A stretch of DNA of 64,000 nucleotides from Acidimicrobiales bacterium (lineage in GTDB: Bacteria > Actinomycetota > Acidimicrobiia > Acidimicrobiales > SZUA-35). The notes beneath the pieces were generated by a model. The model was not told where the DNA came from. It saw only the letters and a list, made by a program, of their open reading frames with translations, and made no database searches. Location of the stretch: assembly GCA_047638695.1 (NCBI GenBank), contig JBLINY010000003.1:21035-85034 (forward strand), in the 5' to 3' direction. The position numbers and the translations under genes are program-made. Positions 9,953 to 17,380 of this stretch are shown in pieces; within the stretch, counting starts at the first letter, position 1; each line of letters begins with the position of its first letter.

Positions 9953-10135
9953 AGGAGCCAGCAAGAGAACCGTTAGCCAGATCGCCGCAGGCGTGAGGCG
10001 ACAGCCGAACCAAGCAGCACACCCCGCGTGAGGCTGGCGACGGAGGAGCCAGCAAGAGAACCGTTAGCCAGATCGCCGCAGGCGTGAGGCGACAGCCGAA
10101 CCAAGCAAAAGAGTAAACACCCCCGGCGCTTTCGG
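9953..10135. repeat. tandem duplication, 91-bp period (two identical 64-bp cores at 9953-10016 and 10044-10107)
   Basis: The core aggagccagcaagagaaccgttagccagatcgccgcaggcgtgaggcgacagccgaaccaagca occurs twice, letter for letter. The flanks (gcacaccccgcg vs aaacacccccggcg) are still alignable. Located 42 bp upstream of the herA start. Confidence 0.9.
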
Positions 10136-10164
10136 GCTTTCGCCTTCATGCTACGGGGGTGTTT
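10104..10164 (-). terminator. intrinsic terminator (minus strand)
   Basis: Minus strand reads AAACACCCCCG...(inner GGCGAAAGCCCGAAAGCGCC)...CGGGGGUGUUU followed by ACUCUUUUGC. The outer stem is 11 bp. A U-rich tract is present only in the minus orientation. Confidence 0.7.
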
Positions 10165-10654
10165 GAGTCGGTTCGAGCATCCACCCACGTCGATCTCCAC
10201 GGCAGTACCGTTTCATTCAACGAGTTTCCACTTCCCGTCAGGCCAAGGCTTGGCGGGAAGTTTCCGTTTTAGCGTCACCGCGGGTTTCCCCGGGTTTGCT
10301 GAGGGCCTCGTTCATCACAGCGGTGCTGTTCCAGCTGGTTCCGGGTTGCCCCTTCATCAGCTGATGCCGTCCCGCTGTCCTCACTCGGACCTCTTACCAG
10401 TTCGAGCGGTGGCCAAAGCCTCCGGTCTCCCCGTGGCTCGAACGCCGAAGCGCCGTTGCCGGATGGGATGTCTTTCCTGGGCAGGCCTTGTTTGTGCCGT
10501 TTTCATCTCTTCCGACCAGGTCTGTCACTCGGCCCGAAGGCTTGGTGGGCTTTCCCGGTCTTTCGAGCTGTTTCGTGCGCTCACTCCGCTTGCTTGTTGG
10601 TCATCCAAGTGCCCACGAACCTATGGGTCAAGCGGTTCGTCCGAATCCCCAGGG

Positions 10655-10727
10655 TTGTCCGCAGCATTTCTTAGTTGTCCTCAGAATTGGCGATGTTGCC
10701 CCCATGTTTGCCCCCAAGTTGTCCACA
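10655..10727 (+). promoter_or_regulatory. phased array of DnaA-box-like 9-mers
   Basis: All on the same strand: TTGTCCGCA (10655), TTGTCCTCA (10675), TTGCCCCCA (10696), TTGCCCCCA (10708), TTGTCCACA (10719). The last is a perfect match to the actinobacterial DnaA box consensus TTGTCCACA. Spacings are 20, 21, 12 and 11 bp. Confidence 0.4.
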
Positions 10728-10963
10728 AGCGCCGGCACGCGAGCAGGCGTGTCAGACCATCGGCCGCCGGGTCGCCAAATTTTGGGCCGAGCCTTGTACT
10801 ACTCCCTGGAAAGGTTCCGACAATTGGGGGCAGCGGGTTGCAGAAGCAGCTCGCCAAACCACCAAAACCGGTTCGGAGCCGGACTCGTACCCATGCTCGG
10901 TGGACGGGCTAGTCGAACTCGACCGGTCCGTCCTCCGCGTATGTCTGCTGACTACTCCGACCG

Positions 10964-12874
10964 TCAGGCGTGGCTGGCCCAGGTGGCGTACATCTCGGCA
11001 TAGTGACCACCGGCGGCCACCAGCTCATCGTGCGATCCCAGTTCGATCAATCGACCATCGTCGATGACCGCAATCCGGTCGGCTCGCATGGCTGTGGCCA
11101 GGCGATGAGCAATCACGATGGCGGTGCGGCCTTCGAGAACAACATCGAGCGCCCGCTCGATCACCGTCTCGCTTCGTAGGTCAAGATTGCTGGTTGCCTC
11201 ATCCAGCACCAACACTCGTGGTTGGGCCAGAAAGGCTCGGGCCAACGCCAGGAGTTGTCGCTCTCCTGACGATAAGGACGAGCCCCGTTCGTGGACGACG
11301 GAATCAACGCCGTTCGGAAGCCGATCGATGAGTTCGCCAAGGCCAACGGTACGGCAGGCGGCCTCGATCTCTTCGCTGCTTGCATCAGGACGACCAAAGG
11401 CGATGTTGTCGCCAATCGTTCCGTTGAAGAGGAAGGGCTCTTGCGGAACTACGCCGAGCTGCTGACGAAGCGAGAACAGGGTGAGGTTTCTGAGGTCATG
11501 GCCGTCGATACGAACCTCGCCCTGGTCGGGGTCGTAGAACCTGGTCACCAGCTTGGCGACCGTCGACTTGCCGGCACCGGTTGGGCCAACCACAGCGATC
11601 GTCTCGCCGGGCGCAATCTGCAGATCGAGGTTGTGCAGCACTGGCTGTGATGGGTCGTAGCCAAAGGTCACGCCGCGGAGTTCGATATGCCCGGCGACCG
11701 GAGGCAGCGTGGAGGCATCGGCGCGCTCGACGACGCTCGGCTCGGTTAGGAGCAGCCCGCGGAGCTTGCCGACGGCCGCTTGGCCCTGTTGGTAAGAGTT
11801 GTACAGCTGCACGAGCTGTTGGATGGGGGCAAAGAAGGCGGTGAGATATAACAGAAACGCGAAAAGCTCACCGACGGTCAGACTCCCGTTCAGGACCATC
11901 CGGCCGCCAATCAACAGCAGGACGGCTTGGCCCAGAACACCGATGGCCTCGTTGGCTGGCCCGTAGAAGGCTCCGACGCTCGAGGCGTACACGTTCGCAT
12001 CTCGGTGCTCGCCGACGACGTTGGCGTGGTTGATCACGTTGTGGTGCCGGCGGTTGCTGGAGGTGATCACCCGCATACCGGCGAGACTCTCGGAGAGGTC
12101 GGCCAGGACGTCGGCAATACGGTCGCGCACCCGGCCGTAGCCCCGTTCCGAAGCCCCTCGGAACCACACGGTCAGCGCCATCATTCCCGGCAATACGACA
12201 ACCAGCGTGATGAGCGCCAACGTAGGGCTGAGGATCAACATCACGATGGTGATGACGACAAGCGTGAGGCCCTGGACCGCGAGGTTCACCAGACCGTCCT
12301 GGAAGAGGGCAGCGAGAGCGTCGATATCGCTCGTCATCCGGGTCATCAGCCGGCCGGTCTTTTCACCGGTGAAGAAGTCGAGCGACTGTCGCTGGAAGTG
12401 GGAAAATACCCGCACCCGCAGCTCGTACATGAGCTTCTCACCGAGCCGGCCGGTGTACGCGATGCGCGCATAGGACGCTGCAGTATTCACCAGCACCGAC
12501 GCCAGGTATGCCAGGCCGACCAGCCACAACACGTTCGTATTGCGAGGAACGATGGCGCGGTCGATACCAATTTGGGTGAGCAACGGACCGGCTTGAAGGG
12601 CCAGGGTTTCGATGACCACCAACACCATCGCACCGACAAGTCCTAATCGATGGGGTTCGAGGAACACCCGCAGAGTGAAAGGTCGGCGTTCGTAATCTGA
12701 TTGCGAGAACGCAATGTCGGGGGTTGGATGGTCCGGCTCTTCGGACAGGATCTTCTCGGCCCGCTCGGCCAGCTCAGTTGGAACGCCGGCGAAAGGCAGA
12801 CCGGCTGCTGCGCTGGTAGCAGCGGCTGAAGGCCCACCTCCGAACGGCGACCCTGACGGTGCACCCCAGCTCAT
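10964..12874 (-). CDS. ABC exporter, fused permease/ATPase (MdlB/MsbA type), subunit 2
   Basis: 636 aa with a six-TM domain plus NBD: GPTGAGKST, LSSGERQ, LVLDEATS. Confidence 0.9.
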   Translation of the reverse strand: MSWGAPSGSPFGGGPSAAATSAAAGLPFAGVPTELAERAEKILSEEPDHPTPDIAFSQSDYERRPFTLRVFLEPHRLGLVGAMVLVVIETLALQAGPLLTQIGIDRAIVPRNTNVLWLVGLAYLASVLVNTAASYARIAYTGRLGEKLMYELRVRVFSHFQRQSLDFFTGEKTGRLMTRMTSDIDALAALFQDGLVNLAVQGLTLVVITIVMLILSPTLALITLVVVLPGMMALTVWFRGASERGYGRVRDRIADVLADLSESLAGMRVITSSNRRHHNVINHANVVGEHRDANVYASSVGAFYGPANEAIGVLGQAVLLLIGGRMVLNGSLTVGELFAFLLYLTAFFAPIQQLVQLYNSYQQGQAAVGKLRGLLLTEPSVVERADASTLPPVAGHIELRGVTFGYDPSQPVLHNLDLQIAPGETIAVVGPTGAGKSTVAKLVTRFYDPDQGEVRIDGHDLRNLTLFSLRQQLGVVPQEPFLFNGTIGDNIAFGRPDASSEEIEAACRTVGLGELIDRLPNGVDSVVHERGSSLSSGERQLLALARAFLAQPRVLVLDEATSNLDLRSETVIERALDVVLEGRTAIVIAHRLATAMRADRIAVIDDGRLIELGSHDELVAAGGHYAEMYATWASHA

Positions 12875-14880
12875 GACTGTTCGCTTTCGTCTCTGTCAGC
12901 TTCGTCTCTGTCAGCTTCGTCTCTGTCAGCTTCGTCCATGTGGGCCAGTACTTCGGCATAACGAGGTTCGGTGTCCATGAGCTCGCGGTGAGTTCCTGAT
13001 GCGGCAACACGTCCCGCCTCCAACAGCACGACCCGATCGGCCAACGCAATGGTCGACAAGCGGTGAGCGATGATCAGCGTTGTCCGATTCGCCAGCTCAG
13101 CGTTCAGCGCCGTGTGGATGTTCTCTTCGACTCGCACGTCGATGGCGCTGGTGGCGTCATCGAGCACCAGGATCTTGGGGTCGGCCAGCAACGTTCGGGC
13201 GATTGCCACTCGCTGCCTCTGGCCACCGGACAGGGTGTATCCCCGCTCGCCCACCACCGTGTCGTACCCCTCGGGTAGGGCATCAATGAAGTCGTGAGCC
13301 TGGGCTGCGGTGGCTGCCGCGATCACATCGTCTCTCGAGGCATCAGGCCGGGCGTAGGCGATGTTGTCGGCCAGACTGACCGAGAACAGAAAAGGCTCAT
13401 CGGTGACCATGCCGAGGTTGGCCCGCAAACTGGCCTGCGAGAGATCACGAACGTCGTTACCGTCAACCCGCACCGCACCGTTGTTGACGTCATAGAAGCG
13501 CCCGAGAAGCCGAGCAATCGTCGTCTTGCCACTGCCGGTTCGGCCGACGATGGCAAGGGTCTCGCCCGGCTCAACGACGAGCGAAAAACCGGACAACACG
13601 TCTGGGGCCCGCGTGCCGCCGGGTGCCGACTCAGCAGCGTTTTCGCCAGCAGCGGTCGCAGAAGCAGCGTCATCGGCGGCGCCGTCCTCGGCTGGCAACG
13701 GTGTGCCATAGCCGAACGTCACGTCATCGAACTCGATCCGTCCGACTGGGTCGGTCAGATCTGCGGCATCGGGGCGGTCAACAATCTCGGGCGCCTCATC
13801 GAGCACTTCAAAGATGCGATCGGCCGATGCTTTGGCCCGCTGACCCATCATCAAGAACAGACCCAGCATCCGAAATGGGGCTTGCAGCATGGTGACGTAT
13901 GCGGTGAAGGCGAACAACGTACCCTCGGTTACTTCACCCTCGATCACGAGCCAGCCGCCGTAGACCAGAACCAATAGCGTTCCGAAACGGGGCAGGTTCT
14001 CGATAAAGGGGTTGTAGCGGGCCCGCATCTCGACCGTCCGGACGGTGGCCCAGCGCAGGGATGTGGCCGACTTGGCCAGCTGGTTGATCTGCGCTCGCTC
14101 GGCCGCAAAAGATCGCACCACTCGCACGCCGTTGATGTTCTCGTCGACGGTGGTCGCCACGTCAGCCAGGCGAGACTGCACGATCCACGACAACGGGAAC
14201 AGTTCGTTCCGCAGCTTGACACCTAGCCAATAGACGCCGGGCAGCGGAACGATGGCTACCAACGTCAGCGGCACATGGATCGAAAGCATGAAGGCGAACG
14301 CGGCCACGAACATCACGCCCGTCATGGCGATGAGAGGCGCGAAGGTGAGGTAGATCTGGACCGAGCGGATATCGCTGTTGGCTCGAGAGATGACCTGACC
14401 AGACTGCGTGCGGTCGTAGTAGCTGAATGACAGTCGGGTGAGGTGTTCGTACAACCGATTACGGAGATCGCTGTCGATCTGAAACGCCGTTCGGTACAGC
14501 CCGTAGCGATAGATGAACGTGATGCCGGCCCTGGCCAGTCCGATGATCAGAACAAGGACGACAAATCGGCCGAGCGGAGCGCTGCGGTCGGTGAGTGCTT
14601 GGTCAATGCCTGCACGGATCACCGCAGGAAGAGCAACCTGCAGAAGGTTGGCAATGAGCGCCAGGAACAGCGTGCCGAAGAACATCACCCGGTGAGCCAG
14701 GACGATCGGAAGTACTCGTCGAATCCATCCCAATGAACGGTCGGGATCGACGTTGCCTCGTGGCGGGTCGTAGCGGCGCTCTACGGCAACCGGGGCGAAA
14801 CGCGGATCGGCGGTCGCGTCAAGGTGCTCTGCATCGGCTGCCACATCCACAGACCGACTGTACGGCGCTCGTGAGGGCAA
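12871..14880 (-). CDS. ABC exporter, fused permease/ATPase, subunit 1
   Basis: 669 aa with GRTGSGKTT, LSGGQRQ and LVLDDATS. ATGA overlap with the partner gene. The NBD carries an Ala/Gly/Asp-rich insert, and the C-terminus is the repeat EADRDEADRDEADRDESEQS. TTG start, so the start is uncertain. Confidence 0.88.
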   Translation of the reverse strand: MPSRAPYSRSVDVAADAEHLDATADPRFAPVAVERRYDPPRGNVDPDRSLGWIRRVLPIVLAHRVMFFGTLFLALIANLLQVALPAVIRAGIDQALTDRSAPLGRFVVLVLIIGLARAGITFIYRYGLYRTAFQIDSDLRNRLYEHLTRLSFSYYDRTQSGQVISRANSDIRSVQIYLTFAPLIAMTGVMFVAAFAFMLSIHVPLTLVAIVPLPGVYWLGVKLRNELFPLSWIVQSRLADVATTVDENINGVRVVRSFAAERAQINQLAKSATSLRWATVRTVEMRARYNPFIENLPRFGTLLVLVYGGWLVIEGEVTEGTLFAFTAYVTMLQAPFRMLGLFLMMGQRAKASADRIFEVLDEAPEIVDRPDAADLTDPVGRIEFDDVTFGYGTPLPAEDGAADDAASATAAGENAAESAPGGTRAPDVLSGFSLVVEPGETLAIVGRTGSGKTTIARLLGRFYDVNNGAVRVDGNDVRDLSQASLRANLGMVTDEPFLFSVSLADNIAYARPDASRDDVIAAATAAQAHDFIDALPEGYDTVVGERGYTLSGGQRQRVAIARTLLADPKILVLDDATSAIDVRVEENIHTALNAELANRTTLIIAHRLSTIALADRVVLLEAGRVAASGTHRELMDTEPRYAEVLAHMDEADRDEADRDEADRDESEQS
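12886..12937. repeat. 15-bp tandem repeat x3.4 at the C-terminus of an ABC gene and the gene junction
   Basis: ttcgtctctgtcagc repeated at 12886, 12901 and 12916, with a partial fourth copy. Encodes (EADRD)x3 on the minus strand. Confidence 0.95.
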
Positions 14881-14912
14881 CCCCGAACGGCCCTGACGCC
14901 TAGAGTTCCAGC

Positions 14913-15857
14913 ATGAGCATTCTGATTACAGGTGGCACGGGTTTCATCGGGGCCGAGATCGTGCGGATGTTGGTGGCGGAGGGGCGCGAAGACGTGATCG
15001 TCGCTCACCGTTCCGGCAACTTCGAGCGCATCGAGGATGTGCTCGACAAGGTGCAGACGGTGCAAGCCGACCTTGGTGATGACGATGCTGTCGCCAAGCT
15101 CGTGGCCGACACGTCACCGACGCAGCTGTTCCATTTCGGCGCCACCCTCACCGGGCCCGGCGAGGCCGACCCACAGGGCCTGTTGCGGTCGAACGTGTCG
15201 GGCGTGATCACCCTGTTCGAGGCGGCACGTAAAGCCGGAACCGAGCAGATCATCTTCGCCAGCAGCATCGGCACCTACGGGCGCGACCTCGTTCCCGACG
15301 AGCCGGTGAACGACATGAGCCAGCAGCGACCCAACACTATTTATGGCGTCACCAAGGTCTTCGCCGAGAACCTGGGGGCCTACTACCGCTCGAAGCACGG
15401 CATCGACTTCCGCGGGTTGCGCTACCCATCGATCGTCGGCCCGGGCGTGACCACCAAGAGCCTGGCCCAGTACACCAGTTGGATGATCGAGGCGGCAGCC
15501 AAAGGCGAACCATTCAGTGTGTGGACGGGGCCGGAGACCGTGATTCCGATTCTCTATTACAAGGATGCGGCGAAGGCAGCACTCGACCTGGCCGCGGCCC
15601 CTCTGGACGACATCAAGACCATCAACTATCTCGTTGACGGGGCCCGGCCGACGCCGAACGCGGGGGAAATCGCCGAAGCGGTCAAGGGCCGAGCTGGCGA
15701 TGCTGCCATTACTTTCGACCCCGACCCGGAAGCGGCACTCAGCCTGTCCCGAAATCTGGTGATCGACGACGCCGTTGCCCGCCAGGAGTGGGGCTGGAAT
15801 CCCGCCTTCGGCCTCGATGGCATGATCGACGACTTCTTTGCCGAAGTGCGAGGCTGA
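14913..15857 (+). CDS. NAD-dependent epimerase/dehydratase family protein
   Basis: N-terminal ILITGGTGFIG Rossmann motif and a YxxxK-type SDR-extended fold. 314 aa. Confidence 0.85.
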   Translation: MSILITGGTGFIGAEIVRMLVAEGREDVIVAHRSGNFERIEDVLDKVQTVQADLGDDDAVAKLVADTSPTQLFHFGATLTGPGEADPQGLLRSNVSGVITLFEAARKAGTEQIIFASSIGTYGRDLVPDEPVNDMSQQRPNTIYGVTKVFAENLGAYYRSKHGIDFRGLRYPSIVGPGVTTKSLAQYTSWMIEAAAKGEPFSVWTGPETVIPILYYKDAAKAALDLAAAPLDDIKTINYLVDGARPTPNAGEIAEAVKGRAGDAAITFDPDPEAALSLSRNLVIDDAVARQEWGWNPAFGLDGMIDDFFAEVRG

Positions 15858-15880
15858 CGCAGCCGTGTGAAACTGCCCCT

Positions 15881-16495
15881 ATGGATCTTGATTTCTGGGT
15901 TGACCCCATTTGACCATGGTGCTGGGTGACGGCCCGTTGGGTCGTCGACGAGGTAGCACCAGCGCGTGATCTGAACATCACGTGGCAGCCCATCAGCCTG
16001 CTGTTCAAGAACGATGTGCAGCCTGACAACGAGCGCTACGACGTGTACTTCAGCACCCACCGCATGTTGCGGGTGATGGAGGCCGTGCGAGTGGCCGAAG
16101 GTGAAGGCCCGGTCTTTGAGCTGTACTGGGAGTTCGGCCGTCGCATCCATCACGACAAAGATCGCGATTTCGACATAGCTGATGCGCTCGAAGCAGCTGG
16201 TCTCGATCGGGCCCATGCCGCGGCTGCCGACGACGAGTCGTGGGACGACATCATCCGCAAACGTCAAGCCGTCGGCATCGAGTTGGCTGGCGAAGACATT
16301 GGTACACCGATCATTGCTTTCGATGATCGCAACGGGGTCAAGCAGGGCTACTTCGGTCCGGTCATCACCCGAGTACCACCCACTGAGGACTCGCTGGCCA
16401 TGTGGGACGCGATGGTAGCCATGATGAACGTCCAGGGATTCTGGGAGCTCAAGCGCACCCGCACCGAGCGCCCCGAGTTCGGGGAACGTCCCTGA
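15881..16495 (+). CDS. DsbA-like / Rv2466c-like (mycothiol-dependent reductase family) thiol oxidoreductase with in-frame TGA (putative selenocysteine) in the active site
   Basis: The ORF track starts at GTG 15926, but the frame is open back to ATG 15881 apart from TGA at 15911-15913. Read-through gives MDLDFWVDPI-U-PWCWVTARW, so the family's CPWC redox motif appears with U at the first Cys. The C-terminus ELKRTRTERPEF is typical of the family. Confidence 0.7.
15918..15960 (+). promoter_or_regulatory. candidate bacterial SECIS hairpin
   Basis: Outer stem GGUGCU (15918-23) pairs with AGCACC (15955-60). Inner 8-bp stem GACGGCCC/GGGUCGUC (15928-46) has a GUU apical loop about 23 nt after the UGA. 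Confidence 0.5.
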
Positions 16496-17380
16496 TTGAG
16501 CTTCGAAGAACCTGAACTGATTGCCTCGACCGATGGGGTCGAGGTGGCGCTCCATCGCTTGGGGGGCAACGGCCCGCCGCTGCTGTTCATGCACGCCACC
16601 GGTTTCAACGGGCGCACCTACAGCCCATTCGTGGCGCCCCTCATCGAACACTTCACCGTATGGGCTCCCGATATCCGCGGCCACGGATGGAGTACAACGC
16701 CCGAGAACGGCAACTACGACTGGCTACGCATTGCGTCAGATGTGCTTGCCGCCATCGACCACCTCGGTATCGCCACAGGCGAGCTCGATGCGGTGGGCCA
16801 CAGCGTCGGTGCCGCCCTGCTGCTGCTGGCCGACGCCGAACGGCCGGGTTTGCTGCGACGCATGTACGGCTACGAGCCCATCGTCTGGCGTCCGGGCGAG
16901 GTGTTCGGCCCGGGCGAGAATCCGCTTGTCGCCGGCGCCTTGAAACGCCGCGAGGTCTTCACCGATCGAGGCGAGGCCATCGAACGATTCGCCGGCCGAC
17001 CACCGTTCGCCACCAGCCGAGCCGATGCGCTGCACGCCTACGTCACCCACGGCTTCGAGGATCTCGACGACGGCACCATTCGTTTGCGCTGTCGCGGCGC
17101 CGACGAATCAGCCACCTACGACGGCGAGCGAACATCAACCAGCGATCGCCTTACTGGCTGTCAGGCCCCGATCGCCATTGGCAAAGGGGCCGACAGCGGA
17201 TTCGGCAATCTCGGGCTCCCGGCCTTCGAAGCCCTGCCCAATGCCACGCTGGTGGTGCATGATGACCTCGGGCACTTTGGTCCACTCGAGGCACCAACCC
17301 GGTTAGCGGCCGACGCCCTTGCCGCCGTGCTTTCACCGAACGACGAAGCCGGAGTTACGTCGCCTCCACCGCCGGGATGA
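16496..17380 (+). CDS. alpha/beta hydrolase
   Basis: HATGFNG oxyanion region and GHSVGA nucleophile elbow. 294 aa. TTG start directly after the upstream TGA. Confidence 0.8.
   Translation: MSFEEPELIASTDGVEVALHRLGGNGPPLLFMHATGFNGRTYSPFVAPLIEHFTVWAPDIRGHGWSTTPENGNYDWLRIASDVLAAIDHLGIATGELDAVGHSVGAALLLLADAERPGLLRRMYGYEPIVWRPGEVFGPGENPLVAGALKRREVFTDRGEAIERFAGRPPFATSRADALHAYVTHGFEDLDDGTIRLRCRGADESATYDGERTSTSDRLTGCQAPIAIGKGADSGFGNLGLPAFEALPNATLVVHDDLGHFGPLEAPTRLAADALAAVLSPNDEAGVTSPPPPG

Larger units (their letters stand above)
10104..10963 (-). ncRNA. candidate large structured non-coding RNA (family unknown), ending at the 10104-10164 terminator
   Basis: No minus-strand ORF of 60 aa or more within this block except the tail of the spurious 9973..10200 ORF (75 aa), which overlaps its terminator end. 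The plus strand is T-rich and A-poor, so a minus transcript would be A-rich. Minus-strand hairpins: C(UUCG)G loops at 10441-10454 and 10531-10542, a GAAA loop at 10281-10292, and GGG-GCAA-CCC nested in a CAGCUG/CAGCUG helix at 10332-10363. Two diverged ~290-nt modules. The 5' end is undefined. Confidence 0.45.

Noticed and set aside
9953-10107. Possible CRISPR array (direct repeats with spacer)
   Set aside because: There are only two copies. The repeat is 64 bp and the spacer 27 bp, which is the wrong geometry. The spacer is itself related to the flanking sequence, indicating a simple 91-bp tandem duplication. No cas genes are present.
10280-10440. Resemblance to a cobalamin riboswitch (GAGCCAcgGGGAGACCgg like a B12 box; GAAGGGGCAACCCGG..GCUG) and a hammerhead-like CUGAUGA at ~10357-10363
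   Set aside because: The elements are in the wrong order for a cobalamin riboswitch, and the GCCACUG core is absent. For a hammerhead, the GAAA/A15.1-U16.1 core and the cleavage-site helix do not fit. The block is also followed by a terminator and a repair operon rather than a B12-related gene.
10866-10885. tRNA-like T-arm (CCGG-TTCGGAG-CCGG)
   Set aside because: The loop lacks the conserved A58 position pattern. No matching acceptor, D or anticodon arms could be found in the flanks.
10148-10912. 254-aa plus-strand ORF covering most of the non-coding block
   Set aside because: The translation is Cys/Ser/Pro/Phe/Gly-rich with no recognisable domain, signal or repeat logic. Third positions are not GC-enriched as in neighbouring genes. 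The strand is A-poor, which suppresses stop codons by composition alone. There is also no convincing RBS.
10104-10963. Chromosomal oriC
   Set aside because: No dnaA, dnaN, recF, gyrB or rpmH context. No obvious AT-rich unwinding element (only short aaatttt at ~10778). The boxes are confined to about 75 bp plus a weaker paralogous set. Retained only as a DnaA-box cluster hypothesis.
15926-16495. ORF-track start (GTG 15926) for the DsbA-like gene
   Set aside because: This start would delete the entire redox motif, which is encoded in frame just upstream and interrupted only by TGA at the catalytic Cys position.
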